From assembly GCA_051747545.1 (NCBI GenBank), contig JBNJGG010000034.1, forward strand, positions 1 through 20,579: 20,579 nucleotides of DNA, written 5' to 3'. A model generated the notes under the pieces. That model saw only the letters and a list, made by a program, of their open reading frames with translations. It made no database searches and was not told the DNA's origin. This document shows, piece by piece, positions 1-8,536 of this stretch. The stretch comes from Halobacteriota archaeon. GTDB lineage: Archaea > Halobacteriota > Halobacteria > Halobacteriales > Haloferacaceae. Position numbers and translations under genes: made by a program. The stretch's first letter is position 1; each line of letters opens with the position of its first letter.

Positions 1-340
1 CACGGGCGGGTCGATTAGACACGCCCGTGTCGGCGATGTCGTCGATGACGAGGACGTTCTTGCCCCGAACGCTTCCCTCGGGCATCGGGTACCGAATCTC
101 GGGGTTGCCAGACTTCTCGGCGGTGCCGACGTAGTGTTCGACCTTGAGGCTCGTGAGGTCGTCCAACCCGAGAAAGTCGCAGAGACACCGCCCGGCGAAC
201 CACCCACCTCTGGCGAGGGCGACGACCACGTCCGGCTCGAACGACGACGCCTTCACCTGGTTGCTTACGTCCCGGCAGAGTCCGTAGATGTACTCCCAGT
301 TGGTGATCGTGCACGTGAACTGGTCGGGGAGGTCGCTCAT
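1..340 (-). CDS. Purine-type phosphoribosyltransferase (PRTase), partial; C-terminus lies beyond the window start
   Basis: Reverse-strand translation from the ATG at 340-338 reads MSDLPDQFTCTITNWEYIYGLCRDVSNQVKASSFEPDVVVALARGGWFAGRCLCDFLGLDDLTSLKVEHYVGTAEKSGNPEIRYPMPEGSVRGKNVLVIDDIADTG. The VLVIDDIADTG segment is the classical PRPP-binding loop of type I PRTases. It is not in the ORF track because it runs off the window edge. The track ORF 15..314(-) is the wrong frame. Confidence 0.7.
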   Translation of the reverse strand, partial: MSDLPDQFTCTITNWEYIYGLCRDVSNQVKASSFEPDVVVALARGGWFAGRCLCDFLGLDDLTSLKVEHYVGTAEKSGNPEIRYPMPEGSVRGKNVLVIDDIADTGVSNRPAR

Positions 341-366
341 CTCTGGTTGTGGGTCGCCGCGCGCGG

Positions 367-374
367 ATTATAAG
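367..374 (-). promoter_or_regulatory. TATA-like box (ATTATAAG) about 27-34 nt upstream of the PRTase start codon; leaderless-type promoter
   Basis: An AT-rich octamer in otherwise GC-rich DNA, at the spacing expected for archaeal TATA/BRE promoters of leaderless mRNAs. Confidence 0.35.
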
Positions 375-378
375 GGTT

Positions 379-447
379 TACAGGGCGGTTTCTGTTGCAT
401 ACCCGAACGTCATACAGGGCGGTTTCTGAATGCATACCCGAACGTCA
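379..447. repeat. Tandem direct repeat, 2 copies of a ~34-bp unit (tacagggcggtttctgttgcatacccgaacgtca / tacagggcggtttctgaatgcatacccgaacgtca)
   Basis: Read directly from the sequence: copy 1 is 379-412 and copy 2 is 413-447, differing by two substitutions and a 1-nt indel. It sits in the 427-bp divergent intergenic region between the PRTase and phzF-like genes. Confidence 0.8.
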
Positions 448-647
448 CCCGGTTTTCCAGTTCTCACGACACGTCGCGGAGGTGAGTTGACACGATTTCG
501 CAACCCTCCGAGGAGCCACAAAGCCCATCTACCCCCGTTTACATATCGTCTCGCGTATCGCCAGACAAGCACCCCGCTGGTGTGGACACAGTCAGCCACC
601 ACTAGACGCAGCGGGGCCCCATTCATCGACCGACGCCTCGACCACGT

Positions 648-679
648 GGCTCTTCTCAACACCAGGCTCTTCTCAACAC
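648..679. repeat. Direct repeat ggctcttctcaacac x2 with a 2-bp spacer
   Basis: Read directly from the sequence (648-662 and 665-679), about 90-120 bp upstream of the phzF-like start. Confidence 0.7.
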
Positions 680-767
680 GAGGCCCTTACCGTGACGAGA
701 TTGAGCCGACTAGTCTCGGGTGCCCCGGGTGCGTTGGTTTGATACGCCAGTCCGCAGAGTGTCCGCT

Positions 768-1670
768 ATGAACACCCGTCGTGCGCTTCTCGTCGACGCG
801 TTCACCGCCGACCCACTGTCCGGAAACGCCGCGGGCGTGATTCCCGACGCCTCGGGGTTATCGGTCGAGCAGATGCAGTCGATCGCCAGCGAACTGGCCG
901 TCAGCGAAACCGTCTTTCTGCTCCCGTCGGGCTCTGCCGAGCGCCGCGCGCGCTACTTCACGCCGACGCGGGAGGTCGACCTCTGTGGCCACGCCACCAT
1001 CGCTGCTCACGCGTTCCTCAACGAGGATGGGGCGATAGACGCGGGAACGCACACGCTGGAGACGAACGCGGGCGACCTCCCTGTCGCGGTCGAAGACGAC
1101 GGCGTCGTGTGGATGACGCAAGCGCCCCCGACCGTCGACCGCGTCGAACTCGAGTACGGTCGCGTCGCTTCCGCGCTCGGTCTCGACGAGGGGGCGTTCT
1201 CGGGGACGCGCGACGACTTGCCTCCGGCGGTGGCTTCGACCGGTCTGCCGTGGGTGTGTCTCCCCGTCGACTTCCTCGAACACCTCGGCGCTATCGACCT
1301 CGACGCCGGCGCTATCGCGTCGCTCTCGGACGAGTACGACGCGGTCGGCCTGTACGTCTTCACCTTCGACACGCTAGACGGCGAGTCGACGCTGCACGCA
1401 CGCGCGTTCGCTCCGGGTGCCGGCATCGAGGAGGACCCCGTAACCGGGACCGCGAGCGGAGCCTGCGGGGCGTATCTCCGTCACGTCGGCGCGTTCGACG
1501 CGATGCCCGAGGAGATGCGCTTCGAGCAGGGCCACTTCGTCGACCGGCCCGGTGTGGTTCGCGTCCGCGTCGGCACCGACGTTCGCGTCGGGGGACGTGC
1601 CGTGACGGTCCTCGACGGGACCCTCACTGTTCCCGACGCCGAGGAGGACGATGGCATCATCGAAGTGTAA
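768..1670 (+). CDS. PhzF-family (phenazine biosynthesis-like) isomerase
   Basis: The ORF track gives 720..1670. The ATG at 768 yields MNTRRALLVDAFTADPLSGNAAGV..., the canonical PhzF N-terminus (VDAFT...GNPAAV). The ~300 aa length is typical, and there is a second-half duplication with CGHATIAA in the first half and TGTASGACGAYL in the second. Confidence 0.8.
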   Translation: MNTRRALLVDAFTADPLSGNAAGVIPDASGLSVEQMQSIASELAVSETVFLLPSGSAERRARYFTPTREVDLCGHATIAAHAFLNEDGAIDAGTHTLETNAGDLPVAVEDDGVVWMTQAPPTVDRVELEYGRVASALGLDEGAFSGTRDDLPPAVASTGLPWVCLPVDFLEHLGAIDLDAGAIASLSDEYDAVGLYVFTFDTLDGESTLHARAFAPGAGIEEDPVTGTASGACGAYLRHVGAFDAMPEEMRFEQGHFVDRPGVVRVRVGTDVRVGGRAVTVLDGTLTVPDAEEDDGIIEV

Positions 1671-1850
1671 CCGGCCGCCCCTCTCGTGTCGACCGCTTCC
1701 TTTGGCGTCCCCCTTCGATGGTTTCTCGACCTCTCGACGTACGTTGTCGCGGCGGGCGTAAAACGGCTCACTCGCCTTCGAGTGAACGCTTTTCGACGTT
1801 GCTCGCTTCGGAAGCTTCTTAATCACTCTTGGTGACCGTCCGAATACGAA

Positions 1851-4127
1851 ATGGCTGTACTTTGGCTGGATGAGGTACGCGCCGCCGACCTCGCCACAGT
1901 CGGTGGCAAAGGCGCCTCGCTCGGTGAACTCACGGCAGCTGGACTGCCGGTCCCGCCCGGATTCGTCGTCACGGCCGGCACCTATCGGGAGTTCATCGAG
2001 GAGGCAGGAATTGACGAGGAGTTGTTCGACGCCGTCGACGTCGACTCCGAAGACTCCGCCGCGCTCGCTGCCGCCGAGGAACGGGCGCACGAACTCATCC
2101 TCGGGACGGAGGTTCCCGAAGAGGTACGTGAGGAGATTCTCGAAACCTACGACACGCTCGGTGACGGCGAAGCGTTCGTGGCGGTTCGTTCGTCGGCGAC
2201 GGCCGAGGACCTCCCCGACGCGTCCTTCGCGGGCCAACAGGAAACGTTTCTCAACGTCACCCGCGAGGAACTCATACAACGCGTCAAGGAGTGCTGGGCC
2301 TCGCTGTTCTCTCAGCGGGCAATCTACTATCGGAATCGACAGGGCTTCCCACACGAGGACGTGGACATCGCGGTGGTCGTCCAGCAGATGGTCGACGCCG
2401 AAAAGAGCGGCGTCATGTTCACGAGCCACCCCTCGACGGGCGAGCCTCGAATCATCATCGAGGCCGCGTGGGGCCTCGGCGAAGCGGTCGTCTCCGGCTC
2501 CGTCTCCCCCGACAACTACGTCGTCGACAGAGCAACCGGGGCCGTCGACGAGGTCACCGTGGCCGACAAGAAGATGATGATGCTGAAGGACCCCGAGACG
2601 GGCAAGACCGTCGAGCGCGACGTCTCCGACGACCGTCGAACCGAGCGGGTGCTCTCGGACGAGGAAATCGCCAAACTGGTCGAACTCGGCGAACTGGTCG
2701 AAGACCACTACGACGCGGCGCAGGACGTCGAGTGGGCGATTGCCGACGGTGAGACCTACATGCTGCAATCTCGACCGATTACTACCATCAGTGGCACGAG
2801 CGGCGTCGACGCGGCCCCGGGGGCGTCCAATGGCGACCCCCAGGCGTCCGCCAACGGTGACGTCCTCCTGCGTGGACTCGGTGCGAGCCCCGGCATCGCC
2901 TCCGGCAAGGTCCGAATCGTGACGAAACTCGACCACCTCGACCAGGTGGCCGAGGGCGACATCATCGTGACCGAGATGACGATGCCGGACATGGTGCCCG
3001 CGATGAAGCGTGCCGCCGGCATCGTCACTGACGAAGGTGGAATGACCTCCCACGCCGCCATCGTCTCGCGGGAACTCGGTGTCCCCGCAGTGGTCGGCAC
3101 CGGCAGTGCCACCGACAAACTCGAAGATGGACTCGTTATCACTATCGACGGCGACAAGGGAACCATTCGCGAAGGTTCCACGGAACCGGTCGAGCAGACA
3201 GAGCCAATCGAAGATGCCCGTCCGAAGACGCCCGTCAAACCCATGACTGCGACCGAAGTCAAAGTCAACGTCTCGATTCCGGAGGCGGCCGAACGGGCCG
3301 CGGCGACCGGCGCAGATGGCGTCGGCCTGCTCCGAATCGAGCACATGGTGCTCTCGCTCGGACAGACGCCAGAGCGGTACATCGAGGAGAACGGTGAGCG
3401 AGCCTACGTCGACGAAATCGTCGATGGCGTTCGCACCGTCGCCGAGGAGTTCTACCCCAGGCCCGTTCGCGTCCGAACGCTCGATGCGCCGACCGACGAG
3501 TTCCGACAACTGGAGGGCGGCGACAACGAACCCCACGAGCACAATCCGATGCTCGGGTACCGCGGCATCCGCAGGAGCCTCAACAACCCCGAGGTGTTCC
3601 GTCACGAACTCGAAGCGTTCCGTCGGCTCTACGACATGGGATACGACAACGTCGAAATCATGTTCCCGCTCGTAAACGACGCCGAAGACGTGCTGGCAGC
3701 GAAACGGCACATGGTCGATGCGGGTATCGACCCGAACAAGCGCGACTGGGGCGTGATGGTAGAGACTCCCGCCAGTGCACTCCGCATCGAGGACCTCGCG
3801 TCTGCGGGTATCAAGTTCGCCTCGTTCGGAACAAACGATCTCACTCAGTACACGCTGGCGGTCGACCGCAACAACGAGAACGTCGCCGACCGCTTCGACG
3901 AACTCCACCCGGCGGTGCTCGAACTCATCGGGTCGACCATCGAGACGTGCCGCGAACTCGGCGTCAAGACCAGCATCTGCGGACAGGCCGGCTCGAAGTC
4001 TCGGATGGTTCAGTTCCTCGTCGAAGAGGGAATCAGTTCCATCAGCGCGAACATCGACGCCGTTCGCGACGTTCAGCACGAAGTCAAGCGCGTCGAGCAG
4101 AAACTCATCCTCGATTCGATTCGGTAG
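1851..4127 (+). CDS. ppsA: Phosphoenolpyruvate synthase (pyruvate, water dikinase)
   Basis: A 758-aa ORF. It has an N-terminal ATP-grasp-like region (VGGKGASLGEL), a central phospho-His mobile domain (GGMTSHAAIVSRELGVPAVVGTG), and a C-terminal PEP-utilising TIM-barrel domain with ICGQAGS. The antisense 901-aa ORF 1374..4079 is a GC artefact. Confidence 0.9.
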   Translation: MAVLWLDEVRAADLATVGGKGASLGELTAAGLPVPPGFVVTAGTYREFIEEAGIDEELFDAVDVDSEDSAALAAAEERAHELILGTEVPEEVREEILETYDTLGDGEAFVAVRSSATAEDLPDASFAGQQETFLNVTREELIQRVKECWASLFSQRAIYYRNRQGFPHEDVDIAVVVQQMVDAEKSGVMFTSHPSTGEPRIIIEAAWGLGEAVVSGSVSPDNYVVDRATGAVDEVTVADKKMMMLKDPETGKTVERDVSDDRRTERVLSDEEIAKLVELGELVEDHYDAAQDVEWAIADGETYMLQSRPITTISGTSGVDAAPGASNGDPQASANGDVLLRGLGASPGIASGKVRIVTKLDHLDQVAEGDIIVTEMTMPDMVPAMKRAAGIVTDEGGMTSHAAIVSRELGVPAVVGTGSATDKLEDGLVITIDGDKGTIREGSTEPVEQTEPIEDARPKTPVKPMTATEVKVNVSIPEAAERAAATGADGVGLLRIEHMVLSLGQTPERYIEENGERAYVDEIVDGVRTVAEEFYPRPVRVRTLDAPTDEFRQLEGGDNEPHEHNPMLGYRGIRRSLNNPEVFRHELEAFRRLYDMGYDNVEIMFPLVNDAEDVLAAKRHMVDAGIDPNKRDWGVMVETPASALRIEDLASAGIKFASFGTNDLTQYTLAVDRNNENVADRFDELHPAVLELIGSTIETCRELGVKTSICGQAGSKSRMVQFLVEEGISSISANIDAVRDVQHEVKRVEQKLILDSIR

Positions 4128-4209
4128 GGAGATTCTCCCTCACCGAACCGTCTGTCTGATGCGATTCACAACGGAACCGATATACCCGGTCGTTCCGTAG
4201 TGGGCCGAT

Positions 4210-5292
4210 ATGCAGCGGGCTGCCCCGCAAGAGTTTCACCGCGTTCTCTCCTCGATGTGTACGGAGCCCCACCCCGTCGCCAGCGAGGCCGCGACGCGGT
4301 TTATGGCTACGAATCCAGGGGACCCGGAAACGTATCAGGAAGTCGCCGCGTTGGAAGCCGAAGCAGTGGAACTGCTCGGTGAGATGACCGGGCTTTCGAA
4401 CCCGGCAGGCTACGTCGCCAGCGGTGGAACCGAATCGAACATTCAGGCGATTAGAGCCGCTCGCAACCGTAGTGACACCGACCGGCCGAACGTGGTCGCC
4501 CCCGATAGCGTCCACTTCAGCTTCCAGAAGGCTGCGGAGGTGCTAGACGTCGAGTTACGGCTCGTACCGGTCGCAGACGACCTTCGCGCGGACCCCCACG
4601 CGATGGCCGACCGAATCGACGACGACACGATTTTACTCGTCGGAATCGCGGGTACCACGGAGTACGGACGTGTCGACCCGATTCCGGCGCTGTCCGACCT
4701 CGCGGCCGACGCCGGGGCGTTCTTCCACGTCGACGCCGCGTGGGGTGGGTTCGCACTCCCGTTTACCGACCACGAGTGGCATTTCGGTCACGCAGAGATA
4801 GATTCTATGACTATCGACCCGCACAAGCTCGGCCGTGCCGTCGTCCCCGCGGGTGGCTTTCTCGCCCGCGAACGGGCCACGTTGGACGCTCTCGCCGTGG
4901 ACACGCCGTATCTCGAATCGACGTCGCAAGCGACGTTGACCGGCACTCGGAGCGGAGCCGGCGTCGCCAGCGCTCACGCCGCGTTGACGGCCCTGTGGCC
5001 GGACGAGTATCGCTCGCAATTCGAGCGTGGACAGGCCAACGCGACCTGGCTCGCCACGGCGCTCGATGCTCGCGGCTTCGACGTCGTCGACCCGGTGTTG
5101 CCTCTCGTCGCCGCCTCGCTCCCAGACGACCTATTCGACGCCCTCCGGGCTCGGGGGTGGCGACTGTCTCGAACCGAGGCGGGCGAACTGCGTGTGGTCT
5201 GCATGCCACACGTCACCCGCGAGTCGCTCTCGGCGTTCGTCTCCGACATCGACGCGCTTCGGAGCGCCGTAGACGGCTTCGAATCGAGTTAA
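4210..5292 (+). CDS. mfnA: PLP-dependent group II decarboxylase, archaeal MfnA type (L-tyrosine/L-aspartate decarboxylase)
   Basis: 360 aa. It carries [13 protein letters not shown] (the MfnA ILSSMCT.PHP signature), [14 protein letters not shown], and the PLP-lysine motif TIDPHKLG. Confidence 0.75.
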   Translation: MQRAAPQEFHRVLSSMCTEPHPVASEAATRFMATNPGDPETYQEVAALEAEAVELLGEMTGLSNPAGYVASGGTESNIQAIRAARNRSDTDRPNVVAPDSVHFSFQKAAEVLDVELRLVPVADDLRADPHAMADRIDDDTILLVGIAGTTEYGRVDPIPALSDLAADAGAFFHVDAAWGGFALPFTDHEWHFGHAEIDSMTIDPHKLGRAVVPAGGFLARERATLDALAVDTPYLESTSQATLTGTRSGAGVASAHAALTALWPDEYRSQFERGQANATWLATALDARGFDVVDPVLPLVAASLPDDLFDALRARGWRLSRTEAGELRVVCMPHVTRESLSAFVSDIDALRSAVDGFESS

Positions 5293-5415
5293 TCACCATT
5301 CCGTTTCGAGACGCGCCCGTTCGCTTGACAACCGCCTAACTATCAGTTCAAAACCATCTTTGCCACTCCGGCCGGAACCTGAACGTTTACGTCGTCACCG
5401 CGGAGAGTAGCCTGT

Positions 5416-5976
5416 GTGTCCCCCGCCGTCTCGCTCCTCCTGGCCGGGTCGGGTGTCTGGCCGGAGTTCGCGTGGCTCGAAGGTCTCGTCCACACCGCGA
5501 CCGGTTGGGTCGGTCTCGTCATCATCTTCGTTTACTCGTTTCTCATCGCGTTTGCGCTTCCCGGCGTGAGTGAAGTCGTCCTCCTCGCACCGCTCAACCT
5601 CGGCGTTCCTCAGTCGGTGACGACGGCGCTCATCATCGTTACCAGCGGGGTCGGCAAGGCCGCCGGGAGCGTGTTCGCGTTCCACATTGGCCAGGAGGCG
5701 AAAGACTCCGGCTACATCATCGGACTGCTGCGGCGCTCACGGTTCGATATCATCGGCTGGTCGCAACGCCAGACCGTCCAGGTCGCTCAGCGCTACGGCT
5801 ACGCGGGGCTCGCACTCGCACTTTGCGTCCCCGGCTTCCCCGACACGCTGTCGATTTACGCCTTCGCCGTCCTCGAAGAGGACTACTTCAAGTTCGCGCT
5901 GTCGACGTTCGTCGGGAGCGTCGGTCGGTTGCTGGTGTGGTTGGCCGGTGGGCAGGCCATCCTGTTCTTGTTGTAG
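5416..5976 (+). CDS. YqaA/DedA (SNARE-associated)-family small integral membrane protein
   Basis: A GTG start. It has hydrophobic helices and the family-typical FALPGVSEVVLLAPLNLG stretch, and is about 186 aa. Confidence 0.6.
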   Translation: MSPAVSLLLAGSGVWPEFAWLEGLVHTATGWVGLVIIFVYSFLIAFALPGVSEVVLLAPLNLGVPQSVTTALIIVTSGVGKAAGSVFAFHIGQEAKDSGYIIGLLRRSRFDIIGWSQRQTVQVAQRYGYAGLALALCVPGFPDTLSIYAFAVLEEDYFKFALSTFVGSVGRLLVWLAGGQAILFLL

Positions 5977-6287
5977 CAGCCGTTATTCTCGTCGCCCGTT
6001 CTAATCGTCGCGTTCACTACTCGGCGTTTCGACTCGTTCGTGAGCACGCTCGTCGCGGGGGCGAGCAGACGGCACACGTGGTCGACGGTAGTCACCGACG
6101 TCCGCCCGACGCGAGGTAAGATGCCGTACCCGAGGGGCGACGGCCCTCGTTCGGGTGGTTTCACCCGCGTGACACCCCGCGGCGAATTTCAGGTCACGGA
6201 GGTGTCTGGCCTCGGATTCGTACTTGAATCTTGGCACGACCAGAAACCACGAGTCTTTAGGCCCGTATCGACTGATTCACACATACT

Positions 6288-8417
6288 ATGAGCCACGAGG
6301 AGTTTCCTACCGACTATCCCGCGGTGGTGACTTGTGGGTTGCCCTACGCCAACGGCGACCTGCACATCGGTCACCTCCGGACGTACGTCGGCGGCGACGT
6401 GTACGCCCGCGCGCTGCGAAAACTCGGCCAGCAGACCGCGTTCGTCAGCGGGTCGGACATGCACGGCACGCCCGTCGCCGTCAACGCCGAGAGAGAAGGC
6501 GTCACGCCCGCGGAGTTCGCACTGCGCTGGCACGAGCAGTATCAGGAGACGTTCCCCCGATTCAACGTCGAGTTCGACAACTACGGTCACACCGACGACG
6601 CGACGAACATCGAAACGACGCTTGACATCGTCAACACGCTCGACGAGGAGGGGTACATCTACGAGAAGGACATCATGGTCGCCTACGACCCCGACGAGGA
6701 CCAGTACCTCCCGGATCGGTACGTCGAAGGAACCTGTCCGTACTGTGGCGAGCACGCCCGGGGCGACGAGTGCGACGAGGGCTGTGGTCGCCACCTCGAA
6801 CCCGGCGAAATAGAGAACCCGACGAGTACGGTCACGGGTAATCCCGCCGAGTACCGCGAGCGGACGCACAAGTTCTTCCGCGTCTCCGAACTGCAGGACT
6901 ACCTGCGCGAGTTCATCGACCGCCTCGAGGGGACGGCGAACGCGCGCAACCAACCCCGCGAGTGGATCGAGGGGGAACTGCGCGACTGGTGTATCACCCG
7001 CGACATGGACTGGGGTATCGACTACCCCGGCGAGGGAGCAGACGACCTGGTCCTCTACGTGTGGGTCGACGCCCCGATCGAGTACATCTCCTCGACGAAG
7101 CAGTACACAGAACGCGTCGGTCCCGACGTGTACGACTGGGAGGAGGCGTGGCGCGAGGGCGGGGTCTCCGAAGCGTCCGGTTCGGAGGCTCGCCCGACGG
7201 AGGCTGGCGGTGATGTCGTCCACATCATCGGCCGCGACATCATCCAGCACCACACCATCTTCTGGCCCGCGATGCTCCACGCCGCCGGATACACCGAACC
7301 GCGGGCGGTCATGGCCAGCGGCTTCATGACGCTCAACGGCAAGGGCTTCTCGACGAGTCGGAACCGCGCCGTCTGGGCGCGAGAGTACCTCGACGAAGGG
7401 TTCGATCCGGACCTGATTCGCTACTACCTCGCCACGAACGGCGGGTTCCAGCAGGACGTGGACTTCTCGTGGGAGCGCTTCCGCGAGCGCGTCAACAACG
7501 AACTCGTCGGTACCGTCGGGAACTTCCTCTACCGGTCGCTGCTCTTCGCGTTTCGAAATTACGAGGGTACGCCAGACACGTCACTGTCCGACGAGGTCCG
7601 CGAGCGAATCGAGGAGGCCATCGACGAGTTCGCCGCGGGGATCAACGACTACTCGGTTCGCAAGCCCGGCAACGCCGCCGTTCGACTCGCACAGTTCGGC
7701 AACGAGTACATCCAGCGCAACGAACCGTGGAAGCTCACCGACGAGGACCCCGAGGCGGCCGCACGGGTCATCCGCGACTGCGTCCAGATCGCGAAGGCCG
7801 TCGTCGTCCTCTTCGAACCCATCACACCCGGTGCGAGCGAGCGCGTCTGGTCCGAACTGAACGAATCGGGGTCCGTCCACGACGTTGGCGTCGACGCCGC
7901 GCTCGAACCGCCGGCTGCGACGTTCGACGAACCCTCGGAACTGTTCGAGAAGATCCCCGACGAGCGCGTCGAAGAACTCAACGAGAAACTGGCCGACCGA
8001 GTCGCAGCGGCGAGCGCCGCAGAGGGCGGTGCTGACGACGGAACCGACGGGGACGAAGAGGACGAAGTCGCGGATATCGACCTCGACCCGCTCCTCGACG
8101 ACCGCATCAGCTTCGAGCAGTTCCAGGACCTCGACATCCGGGTCGGCGAAATCCTCTCGGCGGAGGGAATCGAGGGCGCGGACAAGTTGGCGAAACTCCG
8201 CGTCGACATCGGCCTCGAAGAGCGCCAAATCGTCGCCGGAATCAAGCAACTTCACGACCTCGAGGACCTCGTCGGCAAGCGAATCGTCGTCGTCGCCAAC
8301 CTCGAAAAGGCCGAGCTGTTCGGCGTCGAGAGCGACGGCATGTTGCTCGCGGCGGGCGAGGCCGCCGACATCCTCACCACTTACGGCGACGCCGTCCCTG
8401 GCGAGCGCGTTCGGTGA
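6288..8417 (+). CDS. metG: Methionyl-tRNA synthetase with C-terminal EMAPII/Trbp111-like tRNA-binding domain
   Basis: 709 aa. The HIGH motif sits in PYANGDLHIGHLRTY. There is a Zn knuckle CPYCGEHARGDECDEGCG, an anticodon-binding region, and a C-terminal OB domain (DIRVGEILSAEGIEGADKLAKLRVDIG). Acidic inserts typical of halophiles are present. Confidence 0.92.
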   Translation: MSHEEFPTDYPAVVTCGLPYANGDLHIGHLRTYVGGDVYARALRKLGQQTAFVSGSDMHGTPVAVNAEREGVTPAEFALRWHEQYQETFPRFNVEFDNYGHTDDATNIETTLDIVNTLDEEGYIYEKDIMVAYDPDEDQYLPDRYVEGTCPYCGEHARGDECDEGCGRHLEPGEIENPTSTVTGNPAEYRERTHKFFRVSELQDYLREFIDRLEGTANARNQPREWIEGELRDWCITRDMDWGIDYPGEGADDLVLYVWVDAPIEYISSTKQYTERVGPDVYDWEEAWREGGVSEASGSEARPTEAGGDVVHIIGRDIIQHHTIFWPAMLHAAGYTEPRAVMASGFMTLNGKGFSTSRNRAVWAREYLDEGFDPDLIRYYLATNGGFQQDVDFSWERFRERVNNELVGTVGNFLYRSLLFAFRNYEGTPDTSLSDEVRERIEEAIDEFAAGINDYSVRKPGNAAVRLAQFGNEYIQRNEPWKLTDEDPEAAARVIRDCVQIAKAVVVLFEPITPGASERVWSELNESGSVHDVGVDAALEPPAATFDEPSELFEKIPDERVEELNEKLADRVAAASAAEGGADDGTDGDEEDEVADIDLDPLLDDRISFEQFQDLDIRVGEILSAEGIEGADKLAKLRVDIGLEERQIVAGIKQLHDLEDLVGKRIVVVANLEKAELFGVESDGMLLAAGEAADILTTYGDAVPGERVR

Positions 8418-8506
8418 GTCGATCGAGGGAACCCGGAGCGGTCGACGCCGTGCTCGGAGCCGACGCTCGTCGTCTGTGGCTTTGTGACTGACCCGTCGCC
8501 CGCGGC

Positions 8507-8514
8507 TTTTTCTT
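8507..8514 (+). terminator. T-run (tttttctt) downstream of metG; possible archaeal oligo-T terminator
   Basis: The only T-rich run in the metG-pyk spacer. Archaeal termination uses oligo-T tracts. Confidence 0.3.
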
Positions 8515-8536
8515 CGACTCACTCGTAGCGGCGAGC

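Noticed and set aside
430-771. 113-aa ORF inside the long PRTase-phzF intergenic region
   Set aside because: It has a basic, Arg/Pro-rich composition atypical for this organism and no recognisable motifs. More likely this is non-coding regulatory DNA.
1374-4079. 901-aa ORF on the minus strand, and similar long antisense ORFs (6189..7280, 7581..8522, 8519..10276, 10361..11857, 11946..12956, 12313..13194, 14990..15961, and the + ORFs 1109..1822, 1870..2577, 4740..5339)
   Set aside because: They lie antisense to, or out of frame with, genes that have unmistakable conserved motifs (ppsA, metG, pyk, stomatin and others). Their products are Arg/Ser/Pro-rich and low-complexity, unlike an acidic halophile proteome. 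This is the classic stop-codon-poor artefact of ~66% GC DNA.
5977-6287. Possible tRNA in the 310-bp gap
   Set aside because: No GTTCGAATC/GTTCAAATC-type T-arm and no acceptor-stem complementarity could be found by eye. This is unconfirmed without tRNAscan.
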